From: an uncultured bacterium
GTDB lineage: Bacteria > Patescibacteriota > Microgenomatia > Levybacterales > UBA12049
Direction: 5' to 3'
DNA length: 51,359 nucleotides
Assembly (NCBI GenBank): GCA_963826535.1
Contig: CAWGXL010000003.1
Span: 1-51,359, forward strand
The notes beneath the pieces were generated by a model, which searched no databases, was not told where the DNA came from, and saw nothing but the letters and a program-made list of their open reading frames with translations. Position numbers and translations under genes: made by a program. Shown one piece after another: positions 10,632 to 21,834 of the stretch. Positions within the stretch are counted from its first letter, which is position 1. Each line of letters opens with the position of its first letter.

Positions 10632-13600
10632 ATGAAATTCGAATTTAAAAAATTTTCATTCACGAGAATATTCATCAATCATATTTATTTAATCCTATTA
10701 ATTCCGTTAATTTTTATCATTCGGCTATTATTAAGCCCAGGTATAGTAATGTCTGGTGATTTTCCTGTTATTGAAACCTCTCTGTACAGTCACAAGTTCT
10801 TTTTTACGTGGGTAGACTATGGAAGCTATTTTTCGTTTGAAACACTCTCTAGGTTTCCATTTCTAACCTTGGGATACATACTACATAGCATAAACATAGG
10901 GTCTGATATTGTTTCCAAGTCCCTAGTTGTTTTGGGGTTTTTTTCGGCACTATTTTCCTTCTACGTTTCTTTTGTCCTATTTTTTAAGAACACAATAACT
11001 CGACACATTTTTACTCTTAAAACTGGAGCCATTATTGGGAGTGTTTTTTATGCATTCAATGTTTGGTCATTTCACAGGATGTATCATTGGTATCTCTGGC
11101 TCGGTTATGCAATCCTGCCGCTTTTTTTCATCTTACTCATTTTCTCATACAAAAATCCTAAAAATTGGAAGTATCCAGTGATGGCCATACTAATTTGGTC
11201 TATTGCCTCATCGACTCCCCATATGGTTATTTTTTATAGTATATTTTATTCAGTGTTAGCTATATTTTTCTTCCTTAGAAATCTAAGAAAAAAGAATGAG
11301 AGACTTATAATTATAAGACCGATACTGTTAATAATATCATTATATTTAGTTTTGAATCTATACTGGATATATCCTTATGCGTCATACATTGCAAATTCAG
11401 GGGATACATCGATTATTCCAGCCATTTTAGTAACTCAGGAGAGAACGGAATACTACAGCCAGCATAGTAGTTATTTGAATGTTCTAACATTGATACACGA
11501 TTGGTGGAAAGCTGGGATGGCAGATGTTAGGCCTCCGGATACTTCGTTATTTTATCCAGTCTGGCTGATCTCAAGTCTTGTTTTTCCAATAATGGCGATA
11601 TCATCATTATTTCTGAAAGGAAATTCGAAAAAAGTATTGATGTTATCTATGATTGGCTTTATAGGAATAATACTTTCAATGGGAACAAATGCCCCATTTA
11701 ATTTTTACACTATATTTCTTTTTAATTTACCGTTGCCTGCAATATTGCAATATCTTTTTCGTGACCCAGATAAATGGGGATTTCTGGTTGCATTTGCATT
11801 TTCATTTCTTTTAAGTGTTACAACTATTGAATTAATAAAAAAAGTTAATAAACAAAGAAATCGGAAAATATTAACCAGCGCTATTTTAGCATTTATTTTG
11901 GCCGCTTTCATAATTTATGTGTTTCCAATATACAATACTACCTCTCAATTAATAAAGCCCATAATACTTCCGTCAGATTTTGAAAAACTAGGTGATAAAC
12001 TACTGAAGTTTAATACCGAAAAAGTTTTCTATATTTTACAAGATTATATCCCAACTAAATGGAGTAATGGCGGAGACGTAAATGTACTTTTTGTACCAAC
12101 AATCCTCAACTAAACCAAGTATTGGGAATTATCTGATCTCCTCTCAAAATTATATCAATCACTTGATAAATTCCATTATATCAAACAAAACCAATAACAT
12201 AAATAATTTCATATATCCTCTGGGAACAAAATATGTGATCTTTAACAATGATTCAATTTATGATCGACACGATATAATTCTGAAAAATCTGGATCTATTA
12301 CAAGAATTGCAGAATATTGATAATGTTGGATTTTTTAAGATATTCAAATCCGTGGATGCTAATGATAATGATGATAACTATTACTTACGCATTCCTAAAC
12401 AAAATATGATACTGGCCGGAGGACTTGATTTGTTCTCCTCGTTGAACTATTTACCCTCATTTAGTACCGATAAATACCTCTCTATATTTTCTTGATCAAA
12501 ATTTAAACAAAGACGAAAAAAAGGAATCACTGAAACTTGGAGATTTTTTGGTTACATCTAAAAATACCGATGATCTGATTTTCTCTCTTATCGATAAAAA
12601 ATTTGTCATAACAACTTTTGATAAAACTAATCATCGTAATCCGTCTTCTGTATGGTCAAAGGCTGGCTCCATGGATCCATTGCACGGAGACTTTCACCCG
12701 GTACTTAAAGACGCGGGAATAGATAATTGGGATCTTGATTATGGAAGGGGGTTGGTGCTAACTGACGCAATCGGGGCTAATCTTTCAATACCGATAAAAA
12801 TTGAAAATCCGGATAAAGACATCAAAAAAGATGATACATTCCATTTATTCATGAGGTACCTGAAAAACCAAAGAGGTGGAGATATGAATATTTACCTCGA
12901 TGAAAAGTTAGCTGGTACGATTGATACCGTAGATAGGATTTCAAACAACTTTTTATGGGAAAAGTTAGCTACTGTGAACCTGACAAACGGAGAGCACATA
13001 TTAACCTTACAAAATATTCATGGGTTTAATTCTGTTAACCTTTTTGCACTTATTCCAGATGAGGAATTAAAGATGTTAAGAACACAAACAGCAAATTTAC
13101 TAAACAACAAGATCCAAGTTATTAATTTACTGGAAGCCGAAACAAGCTTCCACAATAATAAGGGTAAGGAAACAGGAGCATCAAATTTATCATATCAAGT
13201 TGATAACACTGTGAGTAATGAAAGCAATCAAAATGGCACAATGAGATCATTCAAAGGTCAATTCCGTGTTCATGCAAATGCTGATCTTGCTGCTCTAGAG
13301 TTCTTTGCAACCAAGAATAATGCTACAAATAGTTATTATTCTATAAAAGATATCACAATTAAATCTCCTGATCATGCTTATGATGTTTTTACATCCGATT
13401 TTGAGAGAACAAAGAGAATACTTCCCAAACCTCATGAATCTAGTCATTTGATTTTCATAAATGAGAATAAAGATTTACTCTCCGCTTCCATAGCCAAGAA
13501 CGGTACAATAGCAGGTAATGGGAGTCTGAGGGTAGATGTGAAACAAGGTAATTTCTCTTACTGGGGAGTTATATCAACGGATTTTATTCCATCTAATGAA

Positions 13601-15427
13601 ATTACTTATTACAATTTAACCCTGGATGTTTCTGCAAAAGATGCTAATCAGCTCCATTCAAAGGTAATTTATTATGATGCAAACAACAAAGAGATTAGTC
13701 AGGATACTGTATTTGATGGTAGGGATGGCACATTTGAACATAGCTATGAAAAGGTAATTTCAGTACCCCTTGGAGCAAAATATCTTAAATTGCAAATGTG
13801 GATTAGTCCTAATATAAGTAAACCTAGTAGCGATTTACTAGACAATGTGAAATTAGCGGAATTAAGGGAAAAATTAGTGCCATCAGATTGGATTGTGAAT
13901 CAAAAAGATCTACTTTTCGCTTATATAGATACGAGCAGTGTAATTTCGGGCAATGGAAGTCTAAGGGTAGATGTGAAACAAGGTAATTCCTTTTATCGTG
14001 GTGTTATAACAACAGATTTTATTCCAGCTAATGAGATTACTCATGTACAATTTAACCCTGGATGTTTCTGCAAAAGATGCTAATCAACTTCATTCAAAGG
14101 TAATTTATTATGATTCAAATAAAAAAGAGATTGATGACGATACTGTATTTGATGGTAGGGATGGCACATTTGAACATAGCTGATGAAAAGGTAATTTCAG
14201 TACCCCTTGGAGCAAAATATCTTAAATTGCAAATGTGGGTTACTCCTAATACAAACAAACCTAGTAGCTATTTACTAGATAATGTGGTATTACGAAATAT
14301 CGTAGAAAAAACATTGACTCCGGGAATTGTTTTTAAAGATAAAATTACTAGACTTCAAAATGTAACATCTAAAGCTCCTGAGGTTTTTGTATTAATGATT
14401 AATAATACTGATAATAACTTCACTGGTGAGAATCATGATTTGAATAAAACACTTACTATGTCGAATTCAACTAATGTCATGAAATTAGTAACGAAAGCAT
14501 TTCCAGTGAATTCTAATTCTGTGTATAACTATACGTTCAATCTCGAAACAAGGAATATTGATTTTCTTTTTGGTGTCGTGTCGTTTAGAAATTCAAGTGA
14601 TGTTACTGTGAACTCGAATATGTACGGTAATAACGCAAGTAATGGGAGTGTTCTTTCTCTGTCTCCAGGGTCAGAAGTAATTACTAACCTGAACATTGTG
14701 AAACCATCCAATTATGCGATAGCCGTAAAAACGAAGAATTGCGACAGTTGTACTTTTCTGAAGATTACTTTAGAAAGAGAAAATGATGATATCAATGACG
14801 TTCATAATATTACTACAAGTCTTTATCCCAATTAAGAATACAACTTCTGCAATGCGGTGGTCTTATTCAAATAATTTTTATCTCAAACAAGGAGTGTATC
14901 AGCTTAGAATTTATTCTGATTCACAAACAGATCTTGATACCGCTGTGGTATACTCAACTGACAAAGTAAATAATATACCAAGCACTTCAAGGCATACTTC
15001 GACGCTACAGGATCTCTTTAATACCGGTCTGAGTTCTCCCCCCGCGTACATTTCAGAATATAAAAAGATAGATCCTACAAAATTCATTCTCTACATAAGC
15101 AACGCCACACGGCCTTATACTATATCTTTTGCCGAAGCGTATGATCCACTTTGGATTGCCCAAGTAAACAAGACAGATGTACATGAAACCAATGCTGATA
15201 ACAATCTTTTTAAAGTGAACAGTGTTCCATTATATTCAGTCGTAAATGGTTTTCATGTTAACAAAACTGGAAATTATAGTTTGATCATTGAATATCGTCC
15301 TCAATCGTGGTTTATTCAAGGGGGAATAATAAGTTTAGTTGCATTAACGGTCCTCGCTGTCATATTCTTCATTCATAAATATTATTTATATGTAAAAAGG
15401 TTTATGAATTATCTGCGTCTTCATTAG
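10632..15427 (+). pseudogene. Giant (~1,600 codon) polytopic membrane protein, YfhO/GT-C-like, with a duplicated CBM-like jelly-roll module and a C-terminal TM anchor; five net +1 frame breaks
   Basis: Fragments are 10632..12113, 12082..12495, 12548..14083, 14110..14835 and 14783..15427 (frames 0,1,2,[0],1,2). It is colinear with 35735..40095. Shared blocks include GDFPVIETS after TM1, FYAFNVWSFHRMYHWYLWLGYAILPLFF, WSIASSTPHM, FRDPDKWGF, FMRYLKNQRGG, and SFAEAYDPLWIAQ...IIEYRPQSWF followed by a terminal TM. Confidence 0.6.
13469..14340 (+). repeat. In-frame 435-bp (145-codon) tandem duplication of the CBM-like module inside the giant gene
   Basis: GGTAATGGGAGTCTGAGGGTAGATGTGAAACAAGG begins at 13514 and GGCAATGGAAGTCTAAGGGTAGATGTGAAACAAGG at 13949. 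Long identical stretches follow, for example GATGGTAGGGATGGCACATTTGAACATAGCT and GTAATTTCAGTACCCCTTGGAGCAAAATATCTTAAATTGCAAATGTGG. Copy 2 has extra G bases at 14045 and 14182 relative to copy 1. Confidence 0.9.
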
Positions 15428-15560
15428 CACCTAAATTTAATTTGGTGGGCAATAGTATTGTATTATTGAAAATAGCGTCTTATCATCCTCTCGTTCCTTA
15501 AATTAGTATTCACACCATCAAACATAATTTGTTTTGAGTTCTTCTTTTATTATAAGTATA

Positions 15561-17404
15561 CTAGGACTCTTTAGTAACTATTCTATATATCGTGCCTTGA
15601 AATTTATCATGGTAAAAATCTTTGAGTGACGCAATATAGAGATAACCGTCGGGTCCGACTTGCATATCTGTAATTCCTCCAAATCCCTTTGCAAAAATTA
15701 TACCTTCATACTCTTTGGGAGTATCTGCTACTTTATCAGCTAGGGGACCATCCAGCAGTAGCTCGGTCCTATTCTCATTTAATTCAAAATGGTAAATTGT
15801 TCCATTGTTTACGTCTGCAACAAACATATCGCTCCTGTAACTCTTCCCGAATTTATCGGAATTAAAAAACTTTATAGCAGTGGGACCAACGGTATTATTC
15901 CAGGAAAATTCTGGATCACTATATTTCCCTTTACCATCGAAATCAACTAAATCATTTAGTCCGGTGTCCGCATTTGACATACCATTCGCAACATCAGCAC
16001 CGCTGTTAAATCCAGGTTCAACTAAGTTTATTTCATCGCCATGGTCTGGACCATTTTCTGTATCCCAAAGGATACCCGTTAGAGGATCAAAATCCATTCC
16101 ATAGCTGTTGCGTATTCCATAAGCGTAATATAGATTGGATGGATAGGTATCTCCTATGATGCCTTTTCCAATCGGTTTACCATCTTGTGTTAACCTAAGT
16201 ATACCGGCTCTTCCGTCAGGTTCTCTGGCATCATTATAATTCTGCGCTTTTGTTTTACCACCTTCATATCTATGACCATCTAGATTTCCAATTACGAGAT
16301 ACAATGCATTGTCTGGACCAGTTATCAGTTCTCCTCCATGATGCATTTCGTTTATGAACTTGGTTGGTTTTGGAGCCGGGATACTCATAAGAAGTCGAGG
16401 TTCAACGAGTTTATTTCCTTCGAGCTTGTATCTGTAAAGATGATCTCCTTCGCGATCATAACCAAGGGTGCGATTTAGTATTTTAGCTTCTTCCGAATTA
16501 TCCACATCCGAATTATATTTTAATGGAGACTTCATTAAAGTACAGAAACACATAGGTTGAGCCATTTTGGTTATGGGTTGTGGTAATGCCAATGAGCCCG
16601 TCTTGAAAGTGAGTGTTGACATCTATTAGTGGATCTTTCAGTAACTGCCCATTTACGATGCGGTCCACTTTCCCACTTTCTCTTTCGAGTACCAGAAGGT
16701 CATTTGGACCCAGAAATGCCATGTTCGTAGAATCGTTTACCCCTGTAAACACGCGTTCAATTGTAAGTTGAGGTACGGAATCATTACTGTTGTTACTGAC
16801 AGTCAGACTTGGTCCACTTCCTTCTATTGTTATGTTATCTAGGAGATAGACTCGCATTTATCCCAAGACTTTGTCTAATCAACATCTGGAGCTTTATATA
16901 TTTTGTTCCAATTGGAGGTAAAAGAGAATTCGTAAATTTTTCATTGAAAATACCATCTCTTCCAGCAAAAATAAAATCCCAATGTGTTTCATTTTTATTT
17001 GCATCATAATAAATTACCTTTGAATGAAGTTGATTAGCATCTTTTGCAGAAACATCCATGGTGAAATTGTATTCAATGACGTCATTTGCTGGAATAAAAT
17101 CTGTTGATATGACACTCCATGAAGAATTAACTGCCTCATTGAGAGTAGCGGCTGGCTTTATATCCGCTCTCAAACTACCATTACCAGAAATAGGCTCATT
17201 CGTTCCATTTGAAATGGAGAGAGTGTCATTTGCATAATTTATCCAGTCTCCTTGTTCCAAGGTCATAATCCAGAGCAACCCTTTGTCCATTATCCTGCTT
17301 TCATCATTATAGCTTTCTAGAGCAATCCCTTCTCTGATAATAACTTGTGTTGCAAGAAAAATAATGATAAAAGCTATGACGAGGGTTACTTTGTGAACAA
17401 TCAA
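15561..17404 (-). pseudogene. Membrane-anchored CBM-like module fused to a PQQ-dependent sugar dehydrogenase (sGDH/GSDH-like) beta-propeller; two net +1 frame breaks
   Basis: Fragments are 16835..17404 (TM anchor VTLVIAFIIIFLATQVII plus GNGSLRADIK...DVSAKDANQLHSKVIYYDANK), 16513..16857 (NMAFLGPNDLLVLERESGKVDRIVNG, GLIGI) and 15561..16622 (HHGGELITGPDNALYLVIGN, GILRLTQDGKPIG, YAYGIRNSYGMDFDPLTGILWDTENGPDHGDEINLVEPGFNSG). Confidence 0.8.
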
Positions 17405-17705
17405 TGCTTTAATTTCTATTACACGTCTATTAAAAATTTATGTCAAATTTCAACCAAATGTAGATATGAATTCCTTTTAATTTGATAGTTGGAATTATTG
17501 AAAATTCTCTCCATCCTCCTATCATCATGACTGAGAAAAATTATTAATACTCTTGTTTGCAAGAAAAATTTTAACGATCTATTGTATCCATTCTAGAGTG
17601 ACAATTAAATAAAATAACTTTGTAAAATTTGATATGTCGAATTATCACTTAAATTAAGGAAATCCATCAATAAAATCTTATATTCTCATATTATGACTGT
17701 TATTT

Positions 17706-18413
17706 GTGAATAATGCTGTCAAGATAAAATGGAATTTCAAAGTTGATGATCGGCCTAACATACATAGTCCTCGTATCAAATTTAGCCATAATTTTAGCGA
17801 AAAGTACATGAAAGGAGCAAAAAGAATATTGGATATAGGCTGCGGAATAGGTAGTTATACATATCTTATAGATAGAAACGATTGTGTTGGAATAGATTTA
17901 GACATAAATGCCTTGAAAAGAGCAAAGAAAAACTGCCCAAATTCAGAATTTATTCTAGCATCAGTATCAAACCTACCGTTTAAAGATGAAATTTTTGATT
18001 TAGTGTTTATGTGGGAAGTGCTTGAATATATTGAAAATCAAACAGAAAGCAAGGCACTTGAAAATATCTACAGAACTTTAATCGTAGGGGCAATACTCTT
18101 GCTATCAGCTCCCAACCATCATATCATTTATAATATCATGGATCCTGATTACTTTCTTTTACGTAGACAGAGACATTTTGCAATAAAAGAATTGGTTGGC
18201 TCAATTACCGATACTGGATTTTCCATAGATAAACAAACTATAAGGGGTGGCTGGAAAACAATCATTGCCATGAATGTTTTTTATCTCAATAAACATCTCT
18301 TAAACAAAAAGGGCGGAAAAATTCAAAGACTCTTAGACAAAAAATCTGAGGAAGAATTAAATTCAAAAAGTGACGGTATTACGAACATATTTATCGCGGC
18401 ACAAAAAAATTAG
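17706..18413 (+). CDS. Class I SAM-dependent methyltransferase
   Basis: Motif I ILDIGCGIGSYTY, then VGIDLDINALKRAKKN and FDLVFMWEVLEYIEN. GTG start. Confidence 0.75.
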   Translation: MNNAVKIKWNFKVDDRPNIHSPRIKFSHNFSEKYMKGAKRILDIGCGIGSYTYLIDRNDCVGIDLDINALKRAKKNCPNSEFILASVSNLPFKDEIFDLVFMWEVLEYIENQTESKALENIYRTLIVGAILLLSAPNHHIIYNIMDPDYFLLRRQRHFAIKELVGSITDTGFSIDKQTIRGGWKTIIAMNVFYLNKHLLNKKGGKIQRLLDKKSEEELNSKSDGITNIFIAAQKN

Positions 18414-18454
18414 TTATTACAATTATTTATTAAATTTTGTCAACAAGATCTATT

Positions 18455-19478
18455 TCAACTTTCAGACTTTGATACCATTGCTTGATACCAAATTTCTTCA
18501 AGAAGCGCGGTAGTTGGAATAATACTGGAAATAGGTACTAGCGGCTGAATATCAGAATCTACACTATCAATGAAATTTTCTATTATGATCCGGTGGGGAT
18601 GCTCTGATTTTTTGTAAAACCTTTTCCTGAATGAACTGTAGCCAAAATTCCATAGTCGTCTCATCTCTCCGGTATACTCTGACAAGGGAGAAAACTCGCC
18701 ATGTTGTAATATGAAACCATCCGGATAAAACTTTATAATTGCATCAGCCACAGAGCCACTTATATATTGATGCATAAAGCTGGATGAACTGAGCCATTTA
18801 AGATCGACCACTCCTATCCCATGTTCAAACTTTACAGTAGCTAAGATGGATGTTACAAAATTCACAGTTTTATCATAATTAATGCTAACATTAAGTACTT
18901 TTTTCCAATCCCCCATTAAGTAACACTGGAGATCTATGGCATGAATTCCAAGCTCAAATAAGATACCACCACTTAACCCCTCATTCCAAAACCAAGGTGG
19001 CATTCCGAATATTGTACTTCCGTGTTGCATTGTAATGATACGAATCTATGTCCCCAATCCCTCCACGTTCACGAATTTTTTGGAATTGAATTACCGGCTC
19101 ACTATATCTATATGCCTGACAAACACCTAACCTCAAATTCCTTTTATTAGATTCAACCTCCAGGCTTTTTGCCTCCGTTGTTTTTAATGTGGCAGGTTTT
19201 TCTACTAAAACATTCATATCGGAAAGTAGTGCTTTCTTTGCAATTTCATAATGCGTATATCCTGGAGTAGTAATATCAACAATGTCTGCGTTGCTTGATT
19301 TCAACATCTCATCTATGTTTGTATATTTGTTTTTTATCTTAAATTTGTCTGCCACCCTTGAAAGTCTCTTTTCGTTGTTGTCACACACTGCCACAACTTG
19401 TACATCTGGAATAGAAAAAAGAATGGGAAGGTGGTTCTTTTCAGCTATTGTACCGGTCCCCACTAAAGCAACCTTCAT
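18455..19478 (-). pseudogene. Gfo/Idh/MocA-family NAD(P)-dependent oxidoreductase, one net +1 frame break near 19025-19040
   Basis: Fragments are 18981..19478 (MKVALVGTGTIAEKNHLPIL Rossmann fold, LVEKPATL EKP motif) and 18455..19030 (C-terminal alpha/beta domain). Its start overlaps the upstream gene's stop as ATGA at 19475-19478. Confidence 0.8.
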
Positions 19479-20345
19479 CGTTTTAGACCTGCAGACCCTT
19501 TTCTAATGAGATGAAATAACAATGTCGAGAATTTCAGTTTATAGTCACTTATATCAAAATCGAAATCTGACACTATTTCATAATCAAGATCCCCTAGACC
19601 TTTTTCGGACGCCTTTCTAATATACGGAATTGATTTTTGGTTAAATCCAAATAAATTAGCACACAGTGAATCTGCGGCAACTATGTCCCTGCTAGCCATT
19701 AACAATCCCAACTTTCGGGGAGCGCCATAAGTCGGTCCATAATTGCCTTCCATCACTAAATTCGCGTCTACTAAAGATCAGCTGGGGTTTCATTGCTAGG
19801 TTGCAGTCTACTATTAAATCGTCTACTATATGATGGTACAATATCTTGCGTTTGGGACGGAATAGCCCCATCTGATTCTTTAAGCCGCATGTCAGTCTTG
19901 TAATTGAATGAGATTTAAGTTTAGGAAAAGTTATAAGAAAAGCATGACTCAGCATTTCAGGAATTTCGATCGTGTTAAAATGAAATCCGTCTATTTGAAC
20001 TGATTTCCACCGTTCTTTCGCCACATTAACGCAAGAACAGTCATATTTCTTTGCAATAGGCTTGATTCCGAGATAATCAAAAATATTATCGGCATTTACA
20101 CTTGTGCTGTCATTTTCGATTATGGATATAGATGCATTAGGAAAACGACTTGTTAAAACTGATAAAAGAGCATCTAAAATATATGGATCACAGGTAGATG
20201 CCGTCTCCCATTTTCGGTAATCATTTAAATTCGCTTTGATGCAAATGTCATAGAGGTCTTTTGGTAAATGAACTTTATCCAGTAACCATGAAATATTTTT
20301 CTGAGGATTGTTTAATAATTTAGATATATAGACCTCTTTAGACAA
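19475..20345 (-). pseudogene. DUF362-domain protein, one net +1 frame break near 19700-19756
   Basis: Fragments are 19692..20345 (ICIKANLN..., SIIENDS) and 19475..19756 (GPTYGAPRKLGLLMASRDIVAADSLCANLFGF, a typical DUF362 C-terminus). Confidence 0.6.
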
Positions 20346-20688
20346 TTTTCATTTAAAGCAGAACTGGGATAGATTTATGCTTATCTGACCTCCAGATTGT
20401 AGCGATTCATGTCTTATTAACTGCACAACCATTTCGTCTTCTTTCAAGGAACACTATTTTGGAAATTTGTTTATATCGGAAATAATTTCAATTAATTGTT
20501 GATAACAAATTTTTTAAGGATAAAAACTATAAATTGATGTAAAATATAGATTCACCTGAGTATTATAAGGAACAAATGAATGAAGATTGCGAACAACTCA
20601 TGTGGATTTTCATACAAAACCTCATATTATTTGATGTTTTTACTTTTAGACGGGAGTATCCATAGAAATGCTTTTTCTGGTGACTTAG

Positions 20689-21532
20689 ATGCAAGGTGAC
20701 CCTCTTGTCTCTGTCATTATTCCAACTAAAAACTCTTCAAAAACATTGATACAGTGTTTAGACAGCGTAAAGAACCAAGACTATAAAAATATAGAAATTG
20801 TAGTGGTTGATAATCATTCGAAAGACAATACGTTTGAAATTGCAAAGCGTTATACTAATGCGGTTTACACATTTAGCCCAGAGCGAAGCTCCCAAATAAA
20901 TTATGGGGTACAAAAATCTTCCGGAAAATATATTTACAGGGTTGATTCTGATTTCGTCCTCGAACCTCAAACTATTAGTGAAGCAGTCAGAGCGGCCGAA
21001 TCGAAAAATTTTGCAGCAATACTCATACACAATACATCAGATCCAACTGTTAGTTATTGGGCGAGGGTCAGAAAATTTGAAAGGGACATGTACAAATCAG
21101 AAAATCTGAACGTTGCCGTACGGTTTATTCGTAAGGATGTCTTTCTTGCTTTTGGGGGATTCGACCCTGAGCTTAATTTTCGGAGAGGACTATGATCTCC
21201 ATAACCGCATTATCCAAAGACACGAAATAGGTAGAATCGATGCTAAAGAGATGCATTTAGGCGAATACAAATCTCTTTTTGAAATAGCACAAAAAAATTA
21301 TTACTATGGCAAATCGGCCGACAAGTTTCTTAGTAAAAACAAGTTAAGAGGTGTGAGACAAGTGAATCCATTCAGAAGTACCTATTTTAGAAACCTTAGA
21401 AAGTTTTGGCAGAATCCTGTCCTGACATTTGGTTTCATAATTTATCAGATTGTGCGCTATAGTGCAGGCGCACTCGGACTATTGACGATTCTAATTGTAA
21501 ATTTATTAAAACCGAATAAGAAACTTGGATAG
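20689..21532 (+). pseudogene. Family 2 glycosyltransferase, one net +1 frame break near 21170-21180
   Basis: Fragments are 20689..21195 (VSVIIPTKNSSKTLIQCLDSVKNQDYKNIEIVVVDNHSKDNT) and 21113..21532. GGFDPE / LIFGEDYDLHNRI joins only across the frame switch. Confidence 0.8.
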
Positions 21533-21834
21533 GTTATATTGGTATATTAGAATGAAGATATAGCGGTATCGCGTAGCTTGAAACCATGGCTGGAAATCTA
21601 ATTTATTATGCTTGCTATGCAGACAATGCGTGCCTGTCCATACGTGTACTTTCTTAGTAGCGATTTTTATATCACGAATTTTACAAATAATAGCGCAATA
21701 AACCAATATTAAATATTTAAAAAATTTTGCCACTTTGTCGAACATGCTATTCGAAATAAATCAATCCATCGGCAAAGGATATTTTTTAATGTCTTCAATA
21801 GACATAATATATCGCATCGGTATAAACAATCAGA

